Below are positions 1 through 8,964 of a stretch of 36,014 bases of DNA, in pieces. Location of the stretch: the NCBI GenBank assembly GCA_016183535.1, contig JACPEK010000006.1:1-36014 (forward strand). The letters run 5' to 3'. The notes under the pieces are model-generated. The model was not told the DNA's origin, ran no database searches, and worked only from the letters and a program-made list of their open reading frames with translations. Source of the DNA: Candidatus Brennerbacteria bacterium. Lineage in GTDB: Bacteria; Patescibacteriota; Minisyncoccia; UBA6257; GWB1-50-10. The translations under genes and the position numbers were made by a program. Position 1 is the stretch's first letter, and each line of letters begins with the position of its first letter.

Positions 1-1086
1 AAAGTCGGTAATTTTCTCCACGAAAGCGATTTTTTGGGAAAGCAAACTCTGTTTTTTGGCGGCGTATTCCTCTGTGGATAAAGCGTCGGCTAAATAGATG
101 TCGAGGAGTTTTTGAAGTTTTGTCTCAACTTGTGATAACTTCTCTTTTAAAACGCTAACCTCGCTTTGTGCGTCCTCTCGCGCTTTATCCTGCTCGTTAT
201 CCAACGCCGCTAAAACTTTTTCGGTGTCTTGGCTCGACAAAGAAACTTTTTGAAGATAGGAAGTGATTTGTTCTGTTAAAGATTCTTCGCGAAGATAATG
301 CTTTTCTTGGCAAGGGCCTTTCTTGCGAGTGCAGCGATAATAGTTATGGCCCTTTTGTCTTTCGGCGGTAATTGAACAACCGCATGAAGCGCATTTGAGA
401 AGTCCAAGAAAAGCAAAATTATTTTTGTGAGATTCCTGTACTTTCCCTCGTTTACTCATCACTTCTTGGCAGGTATCAAAAAGTTTCTTTGGAATTAACG
501 GCTCGTGCTTTCCCTCAAAAATTTCCCCTTTCCACTTCATCAAACCTAAGTAGAAAATATTTTGTAGATTTTTTTGAATGTTTGCAATAACTAATGGTTT
601 ACCAAGATTACCGACCAAACCATTTTCTTTGCACCAATTTGCGAGAGAGTGAAGCGTGTAGTTTCCGGTGGCGTACATTTCAAATATTTTGCGGACTTTC
701 GGAGCTTTCTGGCTATCAATATCAATTCCTCGCGTTTTAGCGTTGTTTAGATAGCCCACCGGAGCCCAGCCGGGCCATACACCATTTCGTATCTTTTGTC
801 GCAAACCTCTTTTCACATTCTCTCGCAAATTATCTACAAAATATTTACTTTGGCCGAATGCGATATTGAGCATAAATAGTCCTTGTGGTGTTGGTTCAAA
901 CCAGAAAGTCGGGAATTTGAGGGAACGAATCAAGCCGCGATCCACAAAATGAATTATCCTGCCTCCGTCCACGGAATTACGCGCGAGACGGTCAGGATGC
1001 CACGCAAGTATTCCGTCTGCTTTCCCAATCTCAAGAAATGACAGCATTTCCGCGAACTTCGTTCGCCCGGGCTCTTTTGCGTTCAT
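1..1086 (-). pseudogene. Large serine recombinase (resolvase + recombinase + Zn-ribbon + coiled coil), N-terminally truncated, runs off the left edge
   Basis: Not in the ORF track. Manual translation from ATG 1086: MNAKEPGRTKFAEML...GILAWHPDRLARNSVDGG...GWAPVGYLN...LKCASCG...YYRCTRKKGPC...LLSQKIAFVEKITDF, open to position 1. Lacks the N-terminal YxRxS catalytic motif. Confidence 0.85.
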
Positions 1087-1127
1087 ATTGTTGTTTGATT
1101 AAGGATTAAAAATTTTCTTCCCCCAAA

Positions 1128-1314
1128 ATGCGAAATCGTGAATTCGTTTTTACCCCCAAAATTGAATACAAACAAGTCGCCGAGCGAAGCGAGGCGAACC
1201 AAAACCGCTTGATTTTTCCTTTCTGGTGCAGTATTCTTGAATTAGTCCGAACGCATTTTGGCGAAAAAATTTCCCCGCGAAAAAATTCAGAATTTGCGGC
1301 GAAGCCGCACCGAT
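1128..1314 (+). mobile_element. attP-like site: recombinase 3' tail + TGGTGCA core + distal arm
   Basis: 1175-1230 matches 28103-28158 at 55/56 nt; 1224-1314 is the exact reverse complement of 2306-2396; reads ...NRLIFPFWC|SILELVRTHF. Confidence 0.7.
1224..1314 (+). repeat. 91-bp perfect inverted repeat, left copy
   Basis: Base-by-base reverse complement of 2306-2396. Confidence 0.95.
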
Positions 1315-1451
1315 CAAAACCGCCAAAGAGCCCGGAAAAACAATCGGCTCGAACCATGTTTTAGGAGAAAGCAGAAAAGAAAAAATTTTAATCCTTGAAT
1401 TCATAATATTTAGGTCACAAAACAGCAGGAATGCTGATTTTTTGTTTGGGC

Positions 1452-1480
1452 TTGACATACAGCCCGTAATATGCTATTCT
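1452..1480 (+). promoter_or_regulatory. sigma70 promoter for the 1574 gene
   Basis: TTGACA-17 nt-TATTCT with extended TG; AGGAGG at 1563-1568 before ATG 1574. Confidence 0.7.
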
Positions 1481-1573
1481 TAACAGCATCGGAATCATGG
1501 TAAAAACCTTGTAAATCCGGTAACCCCGCCACGAGGGCATCGTGGTAACCCAGTACATTGACAGGAGGCCAAG

Positions 1574-1876
1574 ATGGCAAAGCTCAACATGGCGGTTTCG
1601 CACCGCCTCGCGCAGGACGAAGCACTCAAGCGCGTCAAGACGCTCCTCGGCGAGGTGAAAAGCCAGTTCGCTGACAAGATCACCGATCTGCGCGAGGAGT
1701 GGAACGGCAACACGGGAAAGTTCAGTTTCTCGGCGATGGGATTCTCCGTCTCCGGGACCCTGACCGTGAACCCGTCGGGGGTGGAACTCTCCGGAAATCT
1801 CCCTTTCGCGGCGTCGTTCTTCAAGGGGAAGATCGAATCCACGATTCGGGAGCGAGCGGAAACTCTGCTCGCCTGA
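1574..1876 (+). CDS. Polyhydroxyalkanoic acid system family protein (PHA_gran_rgn-like)
   Basis: 100 aa, VSHRLAQDEALKRVK...EWNGN...SGTLTV...LPFAASFFKGKIE pattern; promoter, SD and terminator present. Confidence 0.75.
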   Translation: MAKLNMAVSHRLAQDEALKRVKTLLGEVKSQFADKITDLREEWNGNTGKFSFSAMGFSVSGTLTVNPSGVELSGNLPFAASFFKGKIESTIRERAETLLA

Positions 1877-1897
1877 CGAGTCCTCGTCCTGTTCATC

Positions 1898-1930
1898 GAA
1901 GGGGTCCAGCGTTCGCGTTGGCCCCTTTTC
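1898..1930 (+). terminator. Probable intrinsic terminator
   Basis: GAAGGGGTCCAGC...GTTGGCCCCTTTTC hairpin followed by a T-rich tract. Confidence 0.55.
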
Positions 1931-1968
1931 ATTTGTAATAACATTGAATTTGTGATAATATTTTTCAT

Positions 1969-2262
1969 ATGGAACCTAAGGAAAAATTTGAAATTTCGGA
2001 AATGGAAAAGTTTTTGGAAAAGCATGAACTTCGTCATATTCATTCCGATGTTTTTGAAAGAATCATAACTTTGGTAATTGCCGCTTTAGGTTTAATCGCC
2101 GCCCTCGCGTGGGACGAAGCTCTAAGGCATATTTTTGAAAACCTATTCGGTGGCAAAGGAACTTTGTTGGAAGAAATTTCATATGCGGTAGTGATAACAA
2201 CTCTTGCGGCGTTTATTTCGGTGCATTTGGGAAAACTTTTTTCCAAACGCAAGCGGGAATAA
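1969..2262 (+). CDS. Small two-TM membrane protein (DUF5654-like)
   Basis: LVIAALGLIAALAWDEAL...YAVVIT motif; AT-rich relative to the core genes. Confidence 0.7.
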   Translation: MEPKEKFEISEMEKFLEKHELRHIHSDVFERIITLVIAALGLIAALAWDEALRHIFENLFGGKGTLLEEISYAVVITTLAAFISVHLGKLFSKRKRE

Positions 2263-2305
2263 TCCAAATTTCTTAAATGCCGCCAAAGAAAAATTGGAAA
2301 TTGTT

Positions 2306-2396
2306 ATCGGTGCGGCTTCGCCGCAAATTCTGAATTTTTTCGCGGGGAAATTTTTTCGCCAAAATGCGTTCGGACTAATTCAAGAATACTGCACCA
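2306..2396 (-). repeat. 91-bp perfect inverted repeat, right copy (attR-like island boundary ending in TGCACCA)
   Basis: Reverse complement of 1224-1314; its TGCACCA end is followed directly by a terminator hairpin and core genes. Confidence 0.95.
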
Positions 2397-2400
2397 AAAT

Positions 2401-2424
2401 AAAAACACCCAATCGGGTGTTTTT
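2401..2424. terminator. Bidirectional intrinsic terminator
   Basis: AAAAACACCC-AATC-GGGTGTTTTT. Confidence 0.8.
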
Positions 2425-2776
2425 ATTTATCGTCTTCCTCGCGCTCCTCGGAGATCTTCACCTCTTCCTCAAGCGACGCGAGACCTTTTCCGTTGCCATT
2501 TCCATTTGTGCCATTCTGTTTCAATTTTCTCATTTTCTCGCCGAGGGTGTTATCAAACTTCATAAGAAACACGCGGAGCGTCCGGACTACACGCTCGAAA
2601 AATACCACGAGTTCTTCGTCCGCACGCTCGAGATAGTGCATCACCCATTCTGGTAACATATGGCGTGGTCCCGGCGTAGGATCCGTCTCGTCGAGGCGCG
2701 GAAGGGTGCGCGCCACAAGGTAGAGGAGGGCGCCTCCGCTCACCACAAGTACCATCTGGAGAATAAACTCGGCCAT
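2423..2776 (-). CDS. Hypothetical protein with N-terminal TM helix
   Basis: 117-aa ORF co-oriented downstream of tsf, hydrophobic N-terminus. Confidence 0.75.
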   Translation of the reverse strand: MAEFILQMVLVVSGGALLYLVARTLPRLDETDPTPGPRHMLPEWVMHYLERADEELVVFFERVVRTLRVFLMKFDNTLGEKMRKLKQNGTNGNGNGKGLASLEEEVKISEEREEDDK

Positions 2777-2802
2777 TTTGATTAGGAGTTAGGCTTTAGG
2801 CG

Positions 2803-3243
2803 CTAGAGAGAAAATCTCGAAAAGCGGGCGACTTGAATGTTCTCCCCCACCTTTGCCGCCACGCCCTTCACGAGCTGATCCACGGTCTTCGCGGAGTCCT
2901 TCATATATTCCTGGGCAAGAAGCGTCTCGGGCGAGTCGGGATCCATCGCCGCAATCTGCATAGAAAGTTCCTTCGCGAGATTTCTGAAATCATCCGTGCG
3001 GGCCACGAAATCCGTCTCACATCGAAGCTCGAGAAGCACTCCCACGCGATCCATGTGGACATACGAATAGATGAGCCCCGCACCGGTCGCGCGCTCCCCC
3101 TGCTTTGCCGCTTTTGCGAGACCGCGTTCGGCAATCAGTCGCTTCGCCTTTTCGTAATCACCGCCGGCGTCCGCAAGCGCGCGTTTACAATCCATCACGC
3201 CGGCACCGGTTTCCTCGCGAAGTTTTATGATACCGTCCTGCAT
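2803..3243 (-). CDS. tsf: Elongation factor Ts (short form)
   Basis: IKLREETGAGVMDCKRAL, ELRCETDFVA, GENIQVARF; start moved to ATG 3243 just after the rpsB stop. Confidence 0.95.
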   Translation of the reverse strand: MQDGIIKLREETGAGVMDCKRALADAGGDYEKAKRLIAERGLAKAAKQGERATGAGLIYSYVHMDRVGVLLELRCETDFVARTDDFRNLAKELSMQIAAMDPDSPETLLAQEYMKDSAKTVDQLVKGVAAKVGENIQVARFSRFSL

Positions 3244-3248
3244 ACGCC

Positions 3249-3986
3249 TTATGTGGCGGAAACGCCCGTCGGTACCTCCTTTTCTATTCGTTCCGCAACG
3301 GGCGCGAGCGCACGTGTGAGTTCCCCCATCACCCACTCGATACTCGATTTCGCGTGGTCGTTGGCAAAAATCGGACACTCTACCACGCCAGGATCATCGT
3401 CAGTGTCAATAATGCTAACCACCGGAATCTTCATTTTTTTTGCCTCGGCGACAGCGGTCCCGTGCACACGTGCGTCCACCACAAAGAGAAGATCGGGACG
3501 CTTTGTGAAATCTTCCAACCCGCGAAACGTCCGCGCCATTTTCCCCACCTCCACCTCGCGCTTGAGTTGCTCCTTTTTGGTATAGCGAGAGAATTCTTTC
3601 GCCGCGTGTTTTTCCTTCATATCGAGAAAGTGTTTCACACGCCCCGCGATGACGGAAAAATTTGTAAGCGTGCCGCCGAGCCAACGACCGGTGACAAAAG
3701 GAAATGAGAATCGTTCCGCAAAAGATTCGACGGCCGCGCGAGCCGAGGGGACAGTGCCTACCATGAGAATCATACCGCGTTTTTCGAGTATGCCCGCCAT
3801 AATCTCAATAGCTTTCGCCAAACCCGCGATCGTCGCCTCGGGATCGATGAGTTCGATTTCGTTCTTAGTTGCCCCAATATACGGGCGCATTTTCGGATGC
3901 GTTTTGGACTTTGTATGGCCAAAAAGCACCCCTAGTTTCGCCATCTCGAGGATTTTTTCTTCGTGCGTCGCGGCGGTGTCAGTCAT
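3249..3986 (-). CDS. rpsB: 30S ribosomal protein S2
   Basis: GVLFGH...HPKMRPYI, RWLGGTLTNF, IIDTDDDP, ANDHA. Confidence 0.97.
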   Translation of the reverse strand: MTDTAATHEEKILEMAKLGVLFGHTKSKTHPKMRPYIGATKNEIELIDPEATIAGLAKAIEIMAGILEKRGMILMVGTVPSARAAVESFAERFSFPFVTGRWLGGTLTNFSVIAGRVKHFLDMKEKHAAKEFSRYTKKEQLKREVEVGKMARTFRGLEDFTKRPDLLFVVDARVHGTAVAEAKKMKIPVVSIIDTDDDPGVVECPIFANDHAKSSIEWVMGELTRALAPVAERIEKEVPTGVSAT

Positions 3987-4014
3987 AAAAAATCGCTACG
4001 CAAGTAGCGGTAGA

Positions 4015-4043
4015 AGTATAAGAGAAACGATCACGCTTGGCAA
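4015..4043 (-). promoter_or_regulatory. sigma70 promoter of rpsB-tsf
   Basis: TTGCCA-17 nt-TATACT on the minus strand. Confidence 0.65.
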
Positions 4044-4065
4044 GTCATCTCACGCCTTAGCGAAA

Positions 4066-4707
4066 TTATGAGCGCCTTCCGTGTTTCGTCCTCCACTGCG
4101 AGATTTTTTTGTGGTCGCCACTTAAAAGAACTGGCGGCACCGACCATTTTAAAAACTTCGGTGGGCGAGTGTAGACCGGATACGAACCTTTCCGCTCTTC
4201 GAGCGACTCGCGTTTTCCCAACACTCCCGGGATATGGCGCGCAACCGCCTCGATGACCGCGAGCGCGGGGAGTTCGCCGCCTGCAAGCACGAAGTCACCC
4301 ATCGAGAGCTCCTCGTCCGCGAGGTGTTCCGCAACCCGCTCATCCACCCCCTCATAACGCCCCGCGATAAGGATAAGGCGATCATAGCGGGCGAGCCGTC
4401 GCGCGGTCTTTTGATTGAACGTTTTGCCGCGCGTGGAGAAAAGAATCACCCGAGTTTTGAGTTTTAAGTTTTGAGTTTTGGGTTTCTGAAGAGCGCGGTA
4501 AATCGGCTCCACCCGCATCACCATGCCGGGACCTCCGCCGAACGGCGTATCGTCTATTTTGTTATGCCGCATGCGCGAGAAAGCGCGCACATCAACTGCT
4601 TCCACGACAAGAAGTTTTTTCTTCGCGGCGCGGCCAAGCAGGGCCGCTTTCGCGTAATGTTCGACAAGTTGGGGAAAGGCGGTAAGAACGGAAAAGATCT
4701 TCATCAC
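4066..4707 (-). CDS. trmD: tRNA (guanine-N1)-methyltransferase
   Basis: DDTPFGGGPGMVM, GRYEGVDERV, SMGDFVLAGGE, YTRP, LLSGDH. Confidence 0.97.
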   Translation of the reverse strand: MMKIFSVLTAFPQLVEHYAKAALLGRAAKKKLLVVEAVDVRAFSRMRHNKIDDTPFGGGPGMVMRVEPIYRALQKPKTQNLKLKTRVILFSTRGKTFNQKTARRLARYDRLILIAGRYEGVDERVAEHLADEELSMGDFVLAGGELPALAVIEAVARHIPGVLGKRESLEERKGSYPVYTRPPKFLKWSVPPVLLSGDHKKISQWRTKHGRRS

Positions 4708-5018
4708 GCCTCGCTTGTTGTTTCTCCCGCAACAAAACGAGATGAGCGCACGCTCCCTTCCGGTTCCTCAATTTTCAAATTCACACGGGCGTTTTCTTTT
4801 ACGCCGACGATGCGCAGGAGGGAACGGATGGTCTTCGCGGTCGAACCCTGGCGACCCACTACCTGCCCCATGTCATGCGGATTCACCCTCAAGGTCAGCA
4901 ACACGCCACGGTCATCCACCTTTCTTTCCACCTTTACGTCTTCAGGATGATCCACGATGGACTTCACGAGAAACTCGAGAAATTCTCGGTCTTTTCGATT
5001 TACATCATTCATTGTCAT
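4704..5018 (-). CDS. khpA: KH-domain RNA-binding protein
   Basis: DMGQVVGRQGSTAKTIR; lies between rpsP and trmD. Confidence 0.9.
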   Translation of the reverse strand: MTMNDVNRKDREFLEFLVKSIVDHPEDVKVERKVDDRGVLLTLRVNPHDMGQVVGRQGSTAKTIRSLLRIVGVKENARVNLKIEEPEGSVRSSRFVAGETTSEA

Positions 5019-5043
5019 CTCGGCGGTGTCTTGGGTGGCCTTG

Positions 5044-5427
5044 TTACTGCGATGATGTCGTTTCCGGTTTGTTCTCTTCAGCGGGTTTCGCGATCGGCGC
5101 GGATACAGCCACCGACGCTTCTACTTTTTTATCCGTGGCGGCTTCAGTGGAAACGGACTGCTTAGACTTCCCATGCAAGGGAATTTTCTTTCCTCTCACC
5201 ACACCCGTTTTCACGAGCAGATTCCACGCGGTGGGGGTTGGTTGAGCGCCGACCGAAAGCCAATACGACGCGCGCACCGTGTCTACGCTACGCGTATTGG
5301 TTCGCGGGTTCACCCATCCGAGATCCTCGACGAATCTCCCTTGCACTTTCGAACGCTTCTCCGCCACCACCACGCGAAACGACGCCTGGTGCTTCTTGCC
5401 AATTCGTTTCAGTTTAATAGCCAACAT
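5044..5427 (-). CDS. rpsP: 30S ribosomal protein S16
   Basis: MLAIKLKRIGKKHQASFRVVV...WLSVGAQPT. Confidence 0.97.
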   Translation of the reverse strand: MLAIKLKRIGKKHQASFRVVVAEKRSKVQGRFVEDLGWVNPRTNTRSVDTVRASYWLSVGAQPTPTAWNLLVKTGVVRGKKIPLHGKSKQSVSTEAATDKKVEASVAVSAPIAKPAEENKPETTSSQ

Positions 5428-5535
5428 GTAAGTAATTTGTAACCGGTAATTAATAATTAGTCAACTCTTCCATTCTTGGAAGTAATAAACATCACCTCAC
5501 AACATTCTCACATTCTATAGAATGTTGTGAGGTGT

Positions 5536-7695
5536 TCATCGCTCCAGCTTGAGCGAGAGCACCTTCGATATTCCGTCGTCTTCCATGGTAATACCATAGA
5601 GCGCGTCCGCGGCTTCCATGGTGGCACGATTGTGTGTCACGATAATGAACTGCGTTTTTTTCGCGAATTCCTTGACGAGCTCGGCAAACCGCGCCGCATT
5701 CACCTCGTCCAAGGGAGCGTCTATTTCATCCAAAACCAGAAAGGGCGGCGGCGACACCGCGATCAAGGCGAAGAGCGCGGCTAATGATACTAACGATTTC
5801 TCGCCGCCCGAAAGCATTTCCAAACTCGTGATTTTCTTCTTGGGGAGCGAAAGTTCTATTTCTACGCCCGCCGAGAGTTCGGGGTCTTCTTGCGACTCTT
5901 CCAAGACCGCTTCTCTCTCACCTCCCATAGGCGCGCCTTCCTCTTCTTCCTTCTTTGGCGCGGGTGGCTTCGTGAGCTTCAGGTACGCCTTACCGCCGCC
6001 GAACATAAGACGAAAATATGTATGGAACGAATCGTTCACCTCGCGGAACGCTTTTTTGAAATCGTTGTGTATCTTCTGATCCAAGTCGCGGATGAGTTTT
6101 TCGAGATCTCTCGTCGCCTTCGTCACGTCCTCATGTTCGCGCGAGAGGAAAGCGTAGCGGGTTTCCGCCTCGTCCGCCTCCTTTACAAGCGCCTGGTCTA
6201 TCTCCCCTATCGCCGCGAGTTCACCCCGCAAGCGGAGCGTTTTCCGTTCCGCGTCCTCGCCCGGCGCCTCCTTCGGCGCGGGAAGTTTTACAAGCTCGCC
6301 TCCGTCGCGTCCGGTCGCCGCCCATGCGTGCTGAAGCTCTTCCATCTGGAGCGAAAATCTTTCGCGCGCGAATGCTTTCTCTTCAAGCGCGCGCTCGAGC
6401 GCGCGGAGCTCGTTCTTTTTCATCTCGAGAATTTCTACCTGCGCGCGAAATGTCTCGGTCGCCGTGCGCTCAGCTTCGATAAACCTTTCCTCGTCCGCCT
6501 CGAGGGTTACGAAATCATTTTCAAGCGCCGCAAGTTCCTCACGAAGCGGGGTGAGGCGCGCGCTACGAGGCAAATCCTTCTTTTCTTTGTTTTCTAAAGT
6601 CTCTTCGATGCGCACGATCATTTCCTTCAACGCTTTTCGTATCGCCGGTAGGTCCTCGAGCGCGAGCATGCGCTTCGCGTCCTCCGCCGCCCGCGAAAGG
6701 AGCACACCGAGCTCGGCGGCGCTCTTTTCGCTTCGCGCCTCCTGTTTTGCTAAAAGTTCTTCCTCCACCTCGAACCGCGCGAGGTCGCGCTCGAGCGCGC
6801 GTCGGCGTTCGCCCACCGTCCGTTTTTTTTCCCGAAGCGCCTGGCGAGCCGCTTCGCTCAAGGAGTCCGCGGTAAACGAGCGGCGTTTATCTTCAAGTAT
6901 TCGTATCTCTTCCTCTTTCGCTTTTCGTTCCGCCGCGAATTTCGCGTGGGGCACTTCCGCTTCCGCGCTCGCGCGCGCGAGCGTGTGAAACCGTGCGCCG
7001 AAATACACGTCTTCGAGCGCTTTAAGCGTTCCTTCTATCTCGCTTCGGCGCTCGAAGCGGGACTTTTGTTTCCGGAGAAAGCGTACGTGCGGGGCAAGCT
7101 CTTCAAGCATCGCTTGTACCCTTTCCATATTCACGAGACTCGCCGCGAGCTGACGCTCCGCTTGCTCTTTTTTCAGCCGATACTCGCGGAGCCCGAGAAT
7201 CTCTTCAATCATCGCGCGCCGCTCACGAGGAGTCGAACGGACAAAGAGGTCGCCCTGCCCTTGCCCCACCATTGTGAGTCCGCGACTCCCGAGACGCGCG
7301 CGCGCGAGCATCGGAATCAAATCTTTAAGGCGCACCTCATCGCTGTTCATATAAAACGAGGAAGCTCCCGACCGATCCGTTTTCCGCTCAATAACCACCT
7401 CCGGCGCATCCACTGGAAAAAGGCGCGGATGATTCTTAAAAACAAGCGAAACGCGGGCGAAACCGGCCGCAGAGCGCTTCGGCGTACCGGCGAAAATCAA
7501 ATTTTCGAGCGCGCCTCCGCGGAGCTCGGAGGCGACTCGCTCCCCCAATACCCAGCGGAGCGCATCAATAACGTTCGACTTCCCGGATCCGTTCGGCCCT
7601 ACGATCGCCGTTACGCGAGAAGGAAATTCGAATACCGTCTTCGGCGCGAACGATTTAAAACCTTGAAGCTCGATGCGCTCGAGGAAATGATCCAT
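5536..7695 (-). CDS. smc: Short SMC-family ATPase (719 aa)
   Basis: GFKSF, Walker A GPNGSGKSN, Q-loop, coiled coils, LSGGEK, VLDEIDAPLD, THN. Confidence 0.88.
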   Translation of the reverse strand: MDHFLERIELQGFKSFAPKTVFEFPSRVTAIVGPNGSGKSNVIDALRWVLGERVASELRGGALENLIFAGTPKRSAAGFARVSLVFKNHPRLFPVDAPEVVIERKTDRSGASSFYMNSDEVRLKDLIPMLARARLGSRGLTMVGQGQGDLFVRSTPRERRAMIEEILGLREYRLKKEQAERQLAASLVNMERVQAMLEELAPHVRFLRKQKSRFERRSEIEGTLKALEDVYFGARFHTLARASAEAEVPHAKFAAERKAKEEEIRILEDKRRSFTADSLSEAARQALREKKRTVGERRRALERDLARFEVEEELLAKQEARSEKSAAELGVLLSRAAEDAKRMLALEDLPAIRKALKEMIVRIEETLENKEKKDLPRSARLTPLREELAALENDFVTLEADEERFIEAERTATETFRAQVEILEMKKNELRALERALEEKAFARERFSLQMEELQHAWAATGRDGGELVKLPAPKEAPGEDAERKTLRLRGELAAIGEIDQALVKEADEAETRYAFLSREHEDVTKATRDLEKLIRDLDQKIHNDFKKAFREVNDSFHTYFRLMFGGGKAYLKLTKPPAPKKEEEEGAPMGGEREAVLEESQEDPELSAGVEIELSLPKKKITSLEMLSGGEKSLVSLAALFALIAVSPPPFLVLDEIDAPLDEVNAARFAELVKEFAKKTQFIIVTHNRATMEAADALYGITMEDDGISKVLSLKLER

Positions 7696-8405
7696 TATGA
7701 AAAATGCGCCAGTGCGCGCTCGGCCGCCGCTGTCTCCGCTTCTTGTTTCGAGGGTCCCTTCCCTTCCGCTAACTTCTCATCTCCCGCGAACACTCCGACT
7801 TCGAATTCTTTCGCGTGGTCGGGACCGGACTCCGAAAGAACGCGATAGGTCGGCGTAATCTTTCGCCGTTCCTGGAGCGTTTCTTGGAGCGCGCTCTTTG
7901 GATCTTTGTAGAGCTTGTTCACCATCACCTCTTCAAGGCGAGACGCCACGAGCGCATTCACCGTCTTTCGGGCCGTTTCATATCCCCGATCAAGATACAC
8001 CGCGCCGATGAGCGCCTCGAAAGCGTTCGCAAGGATCACCTCGCGCGCGCGACCCGCGGCGCCGGATTGAGGCCCGAGCGACGCAAGCGCTTCGCCCTTC
8101 GAGAGGTGCAGAAAATCTCCGAGGCGGATGTCTTCCGCCACCGCCGCGAGCATCTGGTAGTTCACCAGAGCCGCGCGGATGCCGGTGAGACGCCCCTCGT
8201 CGTCGTGCGGAAATTTCTCAAAAAGAAATTCCGTGATCGCGAGTTCGAGCACCGCATCACCGAGAAACTCGAGACGTTCATTATGCGAACGCTTCCAGGA
8301 GGGATGCTCGTTCAGATAAGAACGGTGAGTAAGCGCTTCTTCGAGAAACGCAACGTTCTTGAATAACACGCCGATCGCTTCTTCCAAATGTTCCCGCTTG
8401 GTCAT
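7695..8405 (-). CDS. rnc: Ribonuclease III
   Basis: HNERLEFLGDAVL, EALIGAVYLD, dsRBD GPDHAKEF. Confidence 0.97.
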   Translation of the reverse strand: MTKREHLEEAIGVLFKNVAFLEEALTHRSYLNEHPSWKRSHNERLEFLGDAVLELAITEFLFEKFPHDDEGRLTGIRAALVNYQMLAAVAEDIRLGDFLHLSKGEALASLGPQSGAAGRAREVILANAFEALIGAVYLDRGYETARKTVNALVASRLEEVMVNKLYKDPKSALQETLQERRKITPTYRVLSESGPDHAKEFEVGVFAGDEKLAEGKGPSKQEAETAAAERALAHFS

Positions 8406-8410
8406 ACCGA

Positions 8411-8878
8411 TTATGCGAGGGTTTTCGAGTCGGCCGACGAAGAAAACCCTTCCCTCCCCGCCTCCGCTTGCTCGCGAAACACGGTTCCGAGCACGCCGTT
8501 TACAAACCGCGGTGAGCTTGCGCCGCCATAACTCTTCGCAAGCTCGATTGCCTCATTGATAGCGACTTTCGGAGGCACTTCTTTGTGGTCGGCATAGAGG
8601 AGTTCAAAAAGGCCGATGCGAAGCACGTTCCGGTCGATGACGGCGATTTGGTCCACTGGCCATTCGGGCGCGGTGCGCGCGATCGTTCCATCTATTTCTT
8701 TGAGATGCTCGATGATGCCCTTCACGATCCGCCACGCGAAATCAGGCTCGTCGATGCCTGGCCCGAACTCCACAAGGTTTCGCTCTATGATGCCGACCAA
8801 ATCCGTCTCGCGCTTGTAAAAATCCCATTCATAGAGGGATTGAAGCACGATGGTGCGGATGAGGTGACGAGTAGCCAC
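8411..8878 (-). CDS. nusB: Transcription antitermination factor NusB
   Basis: [26 protein letters not shown]. Confidence 0.96.
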   Translation of the reverse strand: MATRHLIRTIVLQSLYEWDFYKRETDLVGIIERNLVEFGPGIDEPDFAWRIVKGIIEHLKEIDGTIARTAPEWPVDQIAVIDRNVLRIGLFELLYADHKEVPPKVAINEAIELAKSYGGASSPRFVNGVLGTVFREQAEAGREGFSSSADSKTLA

Positions 8879-8964
8879 AGAGTGTAAAAATCCTAAATGC
8901 TAAACTCCCAATGCGAAACGAATTCTTAATGTCAAAATTCCAATTGCCCGAAACGTCTTAAATT

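Noticed and set aside
1106-2656. Track ORFs 1106-1357, 1150-1458, 1495-2043 and 2204-2656 as real genes
   Set aside because: They are readings through the att repeats or antisense to cargo genes; shared peptides come from the 91-bp repeat.
5500-5531. Palindrome ACATTCTATAGAATGT with duplicated ACATTCT
   Set aside because: Single copy in the window; cannot distinguish operator, terminator or another small repeat.
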